Positions 52,786 to 61,668 of a DNA stretch of 64,000 nt are shown in pieces (position 1 is the first letter of the stretch; every line of letters starts with the position of its first letter). The notes under the pieces are model-generated. The model saw only the letters and a list, made by a program, of their open reading frames with translations, made no database searches and was not told the origin of the DNA. A program made the translations under genes and the position numbers. Location of the stretch: NCBI GenBank assembly GCA_035529395.1, contig DATKWT010000091.1, forward strand, positions 135-64,134, given 5' to 3'. Source of the stretch: Dehalococcoidales bacterium. Its GTDB lineage: Bacteria; Chloroflexota; Dehalococcoidia; Dehalococcoidales; Fen-1064.

Positions 52786-53562
52786 CTAACGGGTAGATAT
52801 TTTCGTCTGGTCAAGGACCTGTTCCATGAGGTCTCTGACCACCTGCACCGCTGGCGAAGTATCCGGTAGTTCGAGCAGTGGTCTGAGCTCCAGGTCGTAG
52901 CGGTAAACCTCTTCGTCTTTCGGGATTATCGCAGCAAGTTCTATTCCCTGGCGCTCCAGTTCCTCCTTCACCAGTGGGTCGAGCTCGTCGGGAGCGGCGC
53001 TGATTACGGGCAGCAGTTTCTTTACTGTCAGCTTGAGGCTGGACACCAGCTCTATTATCCGGGCAATAGTCCGGACACCCTTCACGGAGTGGTTCGATAC
53101 CAGGAATAGAACATCAACGTCCTGAGTGGTCCTGCGGCTCAGGTGCTCCATCCCGGCCTCATTGTCCATGACCATGTAAGCGTAGTTGTCTGCCAGGGTA
53201 TCGGCGAACTTCTTAAGGATGACATTAGGGTAGCAGTAGCATTCCGGACCCTCGCCCCGGCCCATGGTCAGGAGGTCAATCCGGGGACTCTCCACCAGTA
53301 TCTCGTTCAGCTTGAAATCCAGGTAAAGTTCTTTCGTCATCCCCGGAGGGATGTTTATCTTGTCCCCCTGAAACTCGTCCAGCATTTTACCGACAGTCTG
53401 CCTGACGGTTAATCCCAGGCTTTCTCCGAGATTGGCATTGGCGTCGGCATCCACGGCCAGGATAGGTCCTGTGCCGCTATTCTTCAGGTAGCGGATAACG
53501 AGACTTGCCAGCGAAGTTTTACCACTGCCACCCTTCCCTGCCACCGCGATATTAAAGCTCAA
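52786..53562 (-). CDS. cooC: CooC/AcsF-type Ni-insertion ATPase (copy 1)
   Basis: Deviant Walker A AGKGGSGKT and a CYC (CxC) metal-binding motif. TTG start after AGGAG. Confidence 0.85.
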   Translation of the reverse strand: MSFNIAVAGKGGSGKTSLASLVIRYLKNSGTGPILAVDADANANLGESLGLTVRQTVGKMLDEFQGDKINIPPGMTKELYLDFKLNEILVESPRIDLLTMGRGEGPECYCYPNVILKKFADTLADNYAYMVMDNEAGMEHLSRRTTQDVDVLFLVSNHSVKGVRTIARIIELVSSLKLTVKKLLPVISAAPDELDPLVKEELERQGIELAAIIPKDEEVYRYDLELRPLLELPDTSPAVQVVRDLMEQVLDQTKISTR

Positions 53563-53596
53563 ATGGTTCTCCTACACTATGCTTATCAGGTATTGA

Positions 53597-55360
53597 CTAG
53601 AACAGACCGGACACCTTTCCGGTATTCACATCGACATCTACCTTCCGGAAGGCGGGGCTGGATGAAGTACCCGGCATCAGGCTGATGGTGCCGGCGCACG
53701 GGCAGAGGAACTTGGCCCCGGAGTAAATGAGAATATCGCGGATGGGCAGCGTCCACCCCTTTGGCACACCCTTCAGAGTCGGGTCATGGGTCAGGCTGAG
53801 GTGGGTCTTAACCATCATCGTGGCATAGTCATCGTACTGCGAGTCCCCCTCCATCTTCTTGGCCTTTTCCTCGGCATCCGCAGTCCAGGAAACGCCGTCG
53901 GCGCCATAGACGACCTTGGCAATTTTCTCGACGCGGTCCCGCAGCTTCATATCGATCGGGTAGAGGAAGTCGAAATTGGTTTCTTCCTTGCAAGCGTCAA
54001 TAACGGCATCGGCAAATTCCAGGGCACCATCACCACCGTCCGCCCAGTGGCTGGAGACAGCGCAGCGTGCTCCGGCGGCCTCGGCGGCCTTCCTGACCGC
54101 AGCGATCTCGTCCTTGGTGTCGGTGTAGAACGAGTTGATGCAGACCACCGGGTTTATGCCCGATGTCCTGATGGTATTGATGTGATGCAGCATATTGGGT
54201 ATGCCCTTTTCAACAAGTTCCACGTTTTCTTTCGTATACTCTTCGGGCAGGGCGAGACCGGCAACCACTCTGGGTCCACCGCCATGCATTTTCAGAGCGC
54301 GGATAGTGGTGGTAAGTACCGAGACATTGGGTTTGAGACCGCTGTAGCGGCTCTTGACGTTCCAGAACTTCTCAAAACCGATATCGGCGGCAAAACCGCT
54401 CTCGGTGACGTGGTAGTCGAACAGCTTCAGCCCGACACGGTCACCAATGATGGATGACTGGCCCACGGCGATGTTGGCGAACGGACCGGCGTGGACCATC
54501 AGTGGCTGATATTCGACAGTGGAGCACAGGGTGGGGTTGATGGTGTTCCGCATCCAGGCCGTCATTGCACCACCGACTCCCAGGTCCTTGGTAGTGACCG
54601 GCTTGCCTCGCCTGTCGAAGGCGACGGTGATATTGTCCAGTCTCTCGCGTAGGTCAGCGAGGTCACGCACGATGGAAAGGATGGCCATGAGTTCCGAGCC
54701 CACGGCGATACCGAACTTGGACTGCATGGTGAAGCCGTCCATTCGGCCGCCAATACCGATGATAATGTTGCGCAGACTCTGGGCACAGAAGTCCATTATC
54801 CAGCCCATCTCCACACGGGTGGGGTCTACACTCAGGCGGGGCATCCCGGTGAGTTTTTCGAGTTGGGTATCGCTATAGTTTCTCTCGTGCTGCATTCTGG
54901 CGGTCAGCGCTACCATCGCCAGATTGTGAGCGTTCATGATGTCATTGATGTCGCCGGTGAGTCCCATGGAGAACTCGGTCATCGGGATAAGCAGGGAATT
55001 GCCACCGCCGGCAGCAGTACCCTTGACGTTCATCGTCGGGCCACCGGAAGGCTGACGGAGACACCCGCCGACATTCACGCCTCGTTTGCCCAGGCCCTCC
55101 ATCAGGCCGACTGAAGTGGTGCTCTTGCCTTCTCCGAGCGGTGTGGGGGTGATGGCGGTTACCTCGATGTACTTGCCATCAGGCTTGTCCTTGAGACGGT
55201 CGATAATCTTGAGGAAGTCGAGCTTGGCTATCCTTCCGTAGGCGAGGAGCTCCTCCTTTTCCAGGCCAAGCTTGTCGCGCCACTCATCAGGGGTGGGCAT
55301 GTTCTGTTCGGCCGCTTCGGCTATTTGCCAGTCCTCCATTTTTACCGCGTCGTAAGCCAT
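53597..55360 (-). CDS. fhs: Formate-tetrahydrofolate ligase
   Basis: [16 protein letters not shown]. Start at MAYDAV after AGGGAGG (the track adds 36 aa reaching into cooC). Confidence 0.95.
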   Translation of the reverse strand: MAYDAVKMEDWQIAEAAEQNMPTPDEWRDKLGLEKEELLAYGRIAKLDFLKIIDRLKDKPDGKYIEVTAITPTPLGEGKSTTSVGLMEGLGKRGVNVGGCLRQPSGGPTMNVKGTAAGGGNSLLIPMTEFSMGLTGDINDIMNAHNLAMVALTARMQHERNYSDTQLEKLTGMPRLSVDPTRVEMGWIMDFCAQSLRNIIIGIGGRMDGFTMQSKFGIAVGSELMAILSIVRDLADLRERLDNITVAFDRRGKPVTTKDLGVGGAMTAWMRNTINPTLCSTVEYQPLMVHAGPFANIAVGQSSIIGDRVGLKLFDYHVTESGFAADIGFEKFWNVKSRYSGLKPNVSVLTTTIRALKMHGGGPRVVAGLALPEEYTKENVELVEKGIPNMLHHINTIRTSGINPVVCINSFYTDTKDEIAAVRKAAEAAGARCAVSSHWADGGDGALEFADAVIDACKEETNFDFLYPIDMKLRDRVEKIAKVVYGADGVSWTADAEEKAKKMEGDSQYDDYATMMVKTHLSLTHDPTLKGVPKGWTLPIRDILIYSGAKFLCPCAGTISLMPGTSSSPAFRKVDVDVNTGKVSGLF

Positions 55361-55436
55361 TGAAACCTCCCTATTATATATGTCTATTTCCTTAAAGAAC
55401 TCCGGTCCTGAACTCTCGTTTTTTCTCGCAACCCTT

Positions 55437-56228
55437 TTACTGCCTGGCAGTACCTGATACTTGAGCACCAGATATCAAAGCCTGATAAATCTCACCTATA
55501 CGGGCGGAAATCTGCGGGCTTGATTCGTGAATGGGACGGTTAGCCAGGTCTGCGTCTACCAATGCCTGGTCATAAGGAATAAAACCGAGAAACGCCATAT
55601 CGGGTAAACTGGAAGTGATAAACTCCCTGTCCGACTGATTGTGGATTTTATTACCGACTACGGCGATATTATTCACCCCGATGTCCTCGGCCAGCCCACG
55701 TATGCGGCGAGCTGTTTCAATGCTTCGCCTGCCCAGTTCAACCACGATAATCAGCCTGTCGACCGCTCTTGCGGTTCCCCGGGAGAGGTGCTCTATCCCG
55801 GCTTCCATGTCAACGATAACCACCTCGTCTCTCTGTAGCAGCAGGTGGCTGAGCAGGGCTTGCAGCAGAACGCCCTCGGCGCAGTAGCAGCCGGTACCTC
55901 CCCGCTTTATCCGCCCCATCACCATCAGTCTTATCCCGTCATGCTCGACGGCATAGGTCTCGGGAATATCATCAACCCTGGGATTCAGCTTAAAGAAGAA
56001 GCCTGACTGGCCGGGTCGTGCTCCGGTCCTTTCTTCAATAAGGTCCTCGAGCTTGGAGACAGGCGTTATCTCCTCTGGTTGTGGAAAGCCAAGGTTCGCG
56101 GCCAGATTAGCATCAGGGTCGGCATCTATCGCCAACACCGAGTAGCCAGCCGCAGTAAATGCTCTGGAAAGCAGGGAAGCTAGCAATGTCTTCCCCACTC
56201 CCCCTTTGCCACTGATAGCAATCTTCAT
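55437..56228 (-). CDS. cooC: CooC/AcsF-type Ni-insertion ATPase (copy 2)
   Basis: SGKGGVGKT and a GCYC (CxC) motif. It is the first gene of the operon. Confidence 0.85.
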   Translation of the reverse strand: MKIAISGKGGVGKTLLASLLSRAFTAAGYSVLAIDADPDANLAANLGFPQPEEITPVSKLEDLIEERTGARPGQSGFFFKLNPRVDDIPETYAVEHDGIRLMVMGRIKRGGTGCYCAEGVLLQALLSHLLLQRDEVVIVDMEAGIEHLSRGTARAVDRLIIVVELGRRSIETARRIRGLAEDIGVNNIAVVGNKIHNQSDREFITSSLPDMAFLGFIPYDQALVDADLANRPIHESSPQISARIGEIYQALISGAQVSGTARQ

Positions 56229-56319
56229 CTATATCGTATACTAGCACAACAAAGCTGAGTCCTTCACAGGGGAAGCACTCAGCCCTGACGAAGCCTCATA
56301 TCAGCTAGCTTCCACATTT

Positions 56320-56348
56320 AGTATAGCCCACGCGATAGACCAAGTCAA
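56320..56348 (-). promoter_or_regulatory. Promoter TTGACT-17 nt-TATACT of the WL operon
   Basis: Read on the minus strand. It gives a ~85-nt leader containing a hairpin at 56254-56283 (GCTGAGT...ACTCAGC with an inner CTTC/GAAG). Confidence 0.6.
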
Positions 56349-56694
56349 ACTCCACGGGAACCCGGCTACGCTGGTACGTACCCTGCAGGCTACCGGAAAA
56401 CGTACCTGGAGCAACCGGGTGCTTATTGTCTTTATATAAGGTACCGGGTTCACCAATATCAGGCCGAATAGATTGTAATATCTTTGAACGAGGATGTCAA
56501 TCCACTGTACTGGCATTGTAGTGTACGGAATGTATCTGAACTAGCTCATCCACCGGATGGCTTAACGGTTGGCAGGCGTTCCATGTTGAGGTTCGAGCTC
56601 TCGTTCAGGCAGATAGGTGACACAACAGAGTAAGGTGTTGTGGTCACTACCCAACGGCCTATTCCTGCAGAAAAAGGGAAGATTTCTTCTTTTA

Positions 56695-56746
56695 TGGCAG
56701 CCAGCATTGACTGTATTGGAGTGTCACAATGTCCTGAATACCGACA
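56695..56746 (+). repeat. Conserved ~52-nt non-coding element, copy 2 (family 2)
   Basis: See 13658-13710. It lies 17 nt upstream of the mraZ -35 hexamer. Confidence 0.6.
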
Positions 56747-56763
56747 TTTCTATGAAAAGGGTC

Positions 56764-56816
56764 TTGACAAATGGAGAAAAGTGTGGCAAAATGGCGTGAA
56801 TTGGTGAATTGTGGGA
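56764..56816 (+). promoter_or_regulatory. mraZ promoter (TTGACA-17 nt-CAAAAT) with three TGGnn direct repeats at 10-bp phase
   Basis: TGGCG (56792), TGGTG (56802) and TGGGA (56812) start at the -10 and TSS. The arrangement resembles the MraZ operator (TGGGN repeats, 10-bp periodicity) described in E. coli. Confidence 0.55.
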
Positions 56817-56897
56817 AGAATCGTAGATACTGACCAGGACAACAGGCGGTATGAACAGAAGTTCTGTTGCCACTGATTGAACCATAGAGGTACCTTG

Positions 56898-57323
56898 ATG
56901 TTTCTTGGTGAGTTCGAATACAGGATTGACGAAAAGGGCAGGGTGCCCATTCCACCCAGGTTCCGTAAGGACCTGGTAGAGGGAGTGGTACTGAAGCCCG
57001 GGCTCGACACGTGTATTGCTGGTTACGGACTGGCAGAGTGGGCGAAAGAGGCGGAGAGAATCGCCTCTGCTACCATGTCCGCCAGCAAGCGGAGAAGACT
57101 GGGCCGGGCTATGTTCGCCACTGCCTACAACCTTACTCTGGATGGACAGGGCAGGATATCCCTGCCACCTGCCCTGCGGCAGTATGCTCAGGTCGGTGAT
57201 GAACTCATTGTTATCGGAGTCAATACGCACTTCGAACTCTGGAACAAGGAGCTATGGGAGGCAGAGAGGACTCTCAGCCTGGAGCAATCCTGGCAGATAA
57301 TGGAGGGTCTGGAGGAACATTGA
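56898..57323 (+). CDS. mraZ: Transcriptional regulator MraZ
   Basis: [23 protein letters not shown] plus a second SpoVT/AbrB repeat [13 protein letters not shown]. Confidence 0.9.
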   Translation: MFLGEFEYRIDEKGRVPIPPRFRKDLVEGVVLKPGLDTCIAGYGLAEWAKEAERIASATMSASKRRRLGRAMFATAYNLTLDGQGRISLPPALRQYAQVGDELIVIGVNTHFELWNKELWEAERTLSLEQSWQIMEGLEEH

Positions 57324-57337
57324 GGAGTCTGCAAGTA

Positions 57338-58327
57338 ATGGCATCGACTCATCTGCCGGTACTGGTGAAGGAAGCTATCCAGGGGTTGGCAGTCCGGCCC
57401 GGAGGGCGCTATGTAGACTGCACCATTGGTGGTGGCGGACACGCCGTCGCGATTCTGGAACACAGCTCGCCCGGTGGACAGCTCCTCGGTCTCGATGCTG
57501 ACCCTGAGGCAGTGAGTATCGCCCGGGGCAGGCTGGAGACCTATCGTGATGCCGTACTGATTGCCAACGAGAACTTCGTCAGACTCCGCTCCGTCTGTGA
57601 CGAGTATGATTTCTATCCGGTACACGGAATACTTTTTGACCTTGGACTGTCTTCCTTACAGCTGGCCAGTAATGCCCGAGGGTTCAGCTTTCAGCGTGAA
57701 TCGGCGCTGGATATGCGTTTGAGCCCTGAGCAGGAGACTACAGCGGAGGATATTGTCAACACACTCACGGAGGACGAGCTTGCCAACCTGCTTTGGACAT
57801 ACGGTGAGGAAGCTCGCAGTCACCGGATAGCGCGCCGTATCGTGGAGGAGCGGCCTGTACGGACAACTTTTCAGCTTGCCAGAATAGTCGAGCTTGCCGT
57901 CGGCGGTCGGAGGGGCAGAATCCACCCGGCAACGAAGACATTCCAGGCACTGCGTATTGCAGTCAACCGGGAACTGCAGAACCTGGAGAGCGTGCTGGAG
58001 CAGGCCGTTGGCCTTCTGGGATTCGAGGGCAGGCTGGCTGTCATCAGCTACCATTCACTGGAGGACCGCATCGTTAAGCGGTTCATGCAGAGGGAATCGC
58101 GGGACTGTATCTGCCCGCCGGGTATACCGAGGTGTGTTTGCGGACACACCGCCAGTATAAGGATGGTCAACAGGAAGGTGATTAGACCTTCTCCAGATGA
58201 GGTCCAGCTGAATCCGCGCAGTCGCAGCGCCAGGTTGAGGGTTGCCGAGCGCCTGGCTGCACGGGAGGAGAATCAGTGGACCGACTCGGAGAATATTGGA
58301 GGAATACCAGGCTTTCCTGATAACTGA
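57338..58327 (+). CDS. rsmH: 16S rRNA (cytosine1402-N4)-methyltransferase
   Basis: [32 protein letters not shown] and [10 protein letters not shown]. Confidence 0.9.
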   Translation: MASTHLPVLVKEAIQGLAVRPGGRYVDCTIGGGGHAVAILEHSSPGGQLLGLDADPEAVSIARGRLETYRDAVLIANENFVRLRSVCDEYDFYPVHGILFDLGLSSLQLASNARGFSFQRESALDMRLSPEQETTAEDIVNTLTEDELANLLWTYGEEARSHRIARRIVEERPVRTTFQLARIVELAVGGRRGRIHPATKTFQALRIAVNRELQNLESVLEQAVGLLGFEGRLAVISYHSLEDRIVKRFMQRESRDCICPPGIPRCVCGHTASIRMVNRKVIRPSPDEVQLNPRSRSARLRVAERLAAREENQWTDSENIGGIPGFPDN

Positions 58328-58427
58328 CACGAGATAATCGTGACCCATGCCAAAAAAGGGGGCGTTTAAGATGTAAGAGAATACCACCTGCCAGGAACAA
58401 AATCCACTTAACAATAAGGAGGGGTGA

Positions 58428-59642
58428 ATGAGTAAGTGGAATACTATATCCGCTATCGATGTTGGTACCACCAAGGTCTGCACCATAGTTGCTGAGACCA
58501 ACGAAAATGGTCTTATGCGCGTGGCTGGTGTGGGACTTGCTCCGTCCGCAGGATTACACAAGGGACTGGTGGTCAATATCAGTGATGCCAAGGACTCAAT
58601 CCGTGAATCCGTGAGAAAGGCCGAGCAGGCCAGCGGCTATCAGATTGAGTCAGCCTACGTTGGAGTTACCGGACGGCACATTAGTGCCCGCAACAACCGG
58701 GGTGTAGTCGCCATCACTCGTAATGATAGGCTGGTCCGCTCCGATGACCTCAAACGGGTCCTGCAGACTGCCCAGACTGTAAAAGTCCCCAGTGACGAAA
58801 GACTGCTCCATCTTATCCCGCGTAACTATACCGTTGATGGGCAGGAGGGGGTCAAAAACCCGGTAGGCATGCACGGGTTCCGACTGGACGTAGAGACACA
58901 CGTTATCACTGCTGCCGTGTCCTCCGTCCAGAACCTGGTCAAGTGCATCCGTGGCGTAGGGGTTGATATCGAAGACCTCGTGTTCGAGCCCCTGGCCAGC
59001 AGCGAGGCAGTGTTGAGCGAGGATGAGAAACAAGTCGGAGTCGTCATGGCTGACATTGGCGGCGGCACCACAGATATTTCCGTCTTCAAGGACGGCAGCA
59101 TCTGGCACAGCGCCATACTGCCTGTGGCCGGCTACCAGTTTACCAGGGATATCGCTATCGGTCTTGGCCTGCCCTTCGAGGTGGCCGAAGAAATGAAACG
59201 GAAGTACGGCACCGTGATGCCGGTGCACGAAGACAAGCCACAGACCGATGCCATAGCCCAGAATGGTCACAACATTTCCTACCAGAGCCTGTGTGACATA
59301 ATCCGCGCCAGAGTAGATGAGCTCATCAGGCTTATCGCGCTCGAACTGCCGCGTGCCGAGTTCGAGACACTGGTACCTGCCGGTCTTGTGCTCACCGGTG
59401 GCAGCTCGAACCTTGCCGGTATAGATGTCCTGGGTCGAGAGATACTCGGAGTCCCGGTGCGGGTAGGCGGGCCGGTCGGCATATATGGCATCTCAGATGT
59501 CCTGCACAACCCGGCCTATGCCACCAGTGTTGGTCTACTGCTCTGGGGAATGAAACCCAGGAGTGTGACGAACTGGAGGTCACGCAGCGTTGCAGGAAGC
59601 TTCCGGAACCTGGTCTTTCGCATAAGGGGCCTGTTCCACTAG
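58428..59642 (+). CDS. ftsA: Cell division protein FtsA
   Basis: Actin-fold motifs AIDVGTTKV and DIGGGTTD, with a C-terminal amphipathic segment FRNLVFRIRGLF. Confidence 0.9.
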   Translation: MSKWNTISAIDVGTTKVCTIVAETNENGLMRVAGVGLAPSAGLHKGLVVNISDAKDSIRESVRKAEQASGYQIESAYVGVTGRHISARNNRGVVAITRNDRLVRSDDLKRVLQTAQTVKVPSDERLLHLIPRNYTVDGQEGVKNPVGMHGFRLDVETHVITAAVSSVQNLVKCIRGVGVDIEDLVFEPLASSEAVLSEDEKQVGVVMADIGGGTTDISVFKDGSIWHSAILPVAGYQFTRDIAIGLGLPFEVAEEMKRKYGTVMPVHEDKPQTDAIAQNGHNISYQSLCDIIRARVDELIRLIALELPRAEFETLVPAGLVLTGGSSNLAGIDVLGREILGVPVRVGGPVGIYGISDVLHNPAYATSVGLLLWGMKPRSVTNWRSRSVAGSFRNLVFRIRGLFH

Positions 59643-59687
59643 AGGATTCTCATAAGAACAGAGTAACAAAGGAAATAGGAGGAGAAT

Positions 59688-60818
59688 ATGGCGAGAACTA
59701 CCTTTGCCCCCAATCCTGTCAAGATTAAGGTCATCGGTCTCGGTGGCGGTGGTTGCAACGCAGTAACCCGCATGGTAAGGCAGGATATTAAGGGCGTAGA
59801 ATTTATTGCCATGAATACCGATGCTCAGGCCTTGGCTATCACTGAAGCCCCGCTCCGTGTCCAGCTTGGCGATAAGCTGGTACGAGGGTTGGGTGTGGGT
59901 GGTGACCATATGCAGGGGCAGAAAGCGGCTGAGGAAAGCAAAGACGAAATCAGGGAGTACATCTCCGGGGCGGACATGGTGTTTATCACCGCCGGCATGG
60001 GTGGTGGCACCGGTACGGGGGCTGCTTCTGTAATAGCCGAGGTTGCTAAGCAGAGTGGAGCACTGACGATTGCCGTGGTCACACGCCCGTTCACCTTCGA
60101 GGGTGCACATCGTGCCCAAGTGGCCAACGACGGCATTGCCCGACTTCTGGACAAGGTGGTTGATACCCTGATAATTATTCCCAATGACCGCTTACTGGAG
60201 CTTTGCGACCATAAGACGGGCGTAGATGAGGCCTTCAGGATGGCGGACGATGTACTCAGCCACGGTGTTCAGGCAATCGCCCAGGTAATCACCGTACCCG
60301 GGATGATAAACCTGGACTTTGCCGACGTTAAGGCGGTGATGAAAGACGCCGGGCCTGCCTGGATGTCTATCGGTAAGGGGACAGGACAGCACCGTGCGGC
60401 TGATGCCGCCAAAGAAGCCCTGGAAAGCCCCTTGCTGGACGTCTCCGTGGGTGGTTCCAGAGGTGTGCTGTTCAACGTGGTGGGCAGCGACGACCTAACC
60501 CTCTTCGAGGTTAACGAGGCCGCCGAGATAATCAAGGCGGCAGTGGACCCCGAGGCCAACATCATCTTCGGCGTGGTCCACGACCCCACAATGGACAAGG
60601 AGATAAAGATAACGCTCATCGCCACCGGCTTCACCAACAAGATAGATTTGCCGGGAGACAATAAGGACGATGAGATCACCGAGTTCCTGAAGGAATGTAA
60701 GAGCGAAGACCAGCTCGATATTCCTGCCTTCCTGCGTCGCCCTCTCTACAACCAGCGGCGCGCTCCTGCGCAGTCGACTACTACGCCTCACCCGACCACA
60801 CATCCCCTCTTCCGCTAG
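59688..60818 (+). CDS. ftsZ: Cell division protein FtsZ
   Basis: GLGGGGCNA, GGGTGTGAA and a C-terminal DIPAFLRR peptide. Confidence 0.95.
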   Translation: MARTTFAPNPVKIKVIGLGGGGCNAVTRMVRQDIKGVEFIAMNTDAQALAITEAPLRVQLGDKLVRGLGVGGDHMQGQKAAEESKDEIREYISGADMVFITAGMGGGTGTGAASVIAEVAKQSGALTIAVVTRPFTFEGAHRAQVANDGIARLLDKVVDTLIIIPNDRLLELCDHKTGVDEAFRMADDVLSHGVQAIAQVITVPGMINLDFADVKAVMKDAGPAWMSIGKGTGQHRAADAAKEALESPLLDVSVGGSRGVLFNVVGSDDLTLFEVNEAAEIIKAAVDPEANIIFGVVHDPTMDKEIKITLIATGFTNKIDLPGDNKDDEITEFLKECKSEDQLDIPAFLRRPLYNQRRAPAQSTTTPHPTTHPLFR

Positions 60819-60861
60819 GTTCGAGTAACGGCGCGTGGGGTGACTGCTACCCCATGAAACT

Positions 60862-60904
60862 CAGCAGGGCTGCAGGGTGTTTCTCAGGCCTTGCAGCCCT
60901 GCTG
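60862..60904 (+). terminator. Hairpin after ftsZ (13-bp perfect stem CAGCAGGGCTGCA / TGCAGCCCTGCTG, 17-nt loop)
   Basis: Read directly from the sequence. The U-tract is weak (TTG). A second small hairpin lies at 60836-60854. Confidence 0.5.
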
Positions 60905-61047
60905 TTGCCGGGTCAGAACTCCGGCACTTCCCATTCCCGTGTTGGCCCGGACGGGGCCGCCTTCTTGCCTTATCACCATATTTCCGCACGCGTGGCCGCT
61001 TTTCTGCCGGTCGATAGCAATTGCCCACCAATCGTGATGAAAAGTGC

Positions 61048-61101
61048 TTGACAAGTACTATATGTTGTGGTTTAATGGTTGTCCTGCCCCATATATAGGT
61101 G
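61048..61101 (+). promoter_or_regulatory. nrdR-nrdJ promoter (TTGACA-17 nt-TTTAAT) overlapped by two NrdR-box-like palindromes
   Basis: Box 1 at 61055-61070 (agtaCTATATgTTGtg) matches 12/16 positions of the acaCwAtATaTwGtgt consensus. Box 2 at 61086-61101 has the core CCATATATAG. Their centres are 31 bp apart. Confidence 0.6.
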
Positions 61102-61128
61102 ATAGGATACTACGGGAGTTGGAGTCTG

Positions 61129-61668
61129 ATGAACTGTCCCTATTGCGGTTATCATGATTCGCGGGTGATGGATTCGCGCGAGGTAAATGAAGGAATACGT
61201 CGGCGTCGTCAGTGCCTCGGTTGCGGAGCGCGTTTCACCACCTATGAGCGTATTCAGCCGGTAAGCCTGTTTGTTATCAAGAAGGATAACCGGCGCGAGG
61301 TATTTAATCGGGAGAAGATGTTGAGTGGTATGCGTAAAGCCTGCGAGAAACGACCACTGCCGACCGATGTGGTGGACAGACTGGCGGATGAAATTGAGGC
61401 CGAACTGTACAATTCAGGAAGGGCGGAGATACCCGGTACGATGATTGGTGATGCGGTAATGAGGCGGTTGAAGGGTCTGGACCATATTGCCTACATCCGT
61501 TTCGCCAGTGTCTACCGTGAGTTTGCCGATATCACTGCTCTGAAGCAGGAAATTGACACTCTGATGGGTGATGAGGTCGAGGTAACGCCACCGAGTACCC
61601 AGTTGCCGCTGATGCCTGATGAGGGAGCGGGGGTGGGAGCGAGAGGACCTCAGGGGAGTGAGAAATGA
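61129..61668 (+). CDS. nrdR: Transcriptional repressor NrdR
   Basis: Zinc ribbon MNCPYCG...CLGCG followed by an ATP-cone (VIKKDNRREVFNREK). Confidence 0.9.
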   Translation: MNCPYCGYHDSRVMDSREVNEGIRRRRQCLGCGARFTTYERIQPVSLFVIKKDNRREVFNREKMLSGMRKACEKRPLPTDVVDRLADEIEAELYNSGRAEIPGTMIGDAVMRRLKGLDHIAYIRFASVYREFADITALKQEIDTLMGDEVEVTPPSTQLPLMPDEGAGVGARGPQGSEK

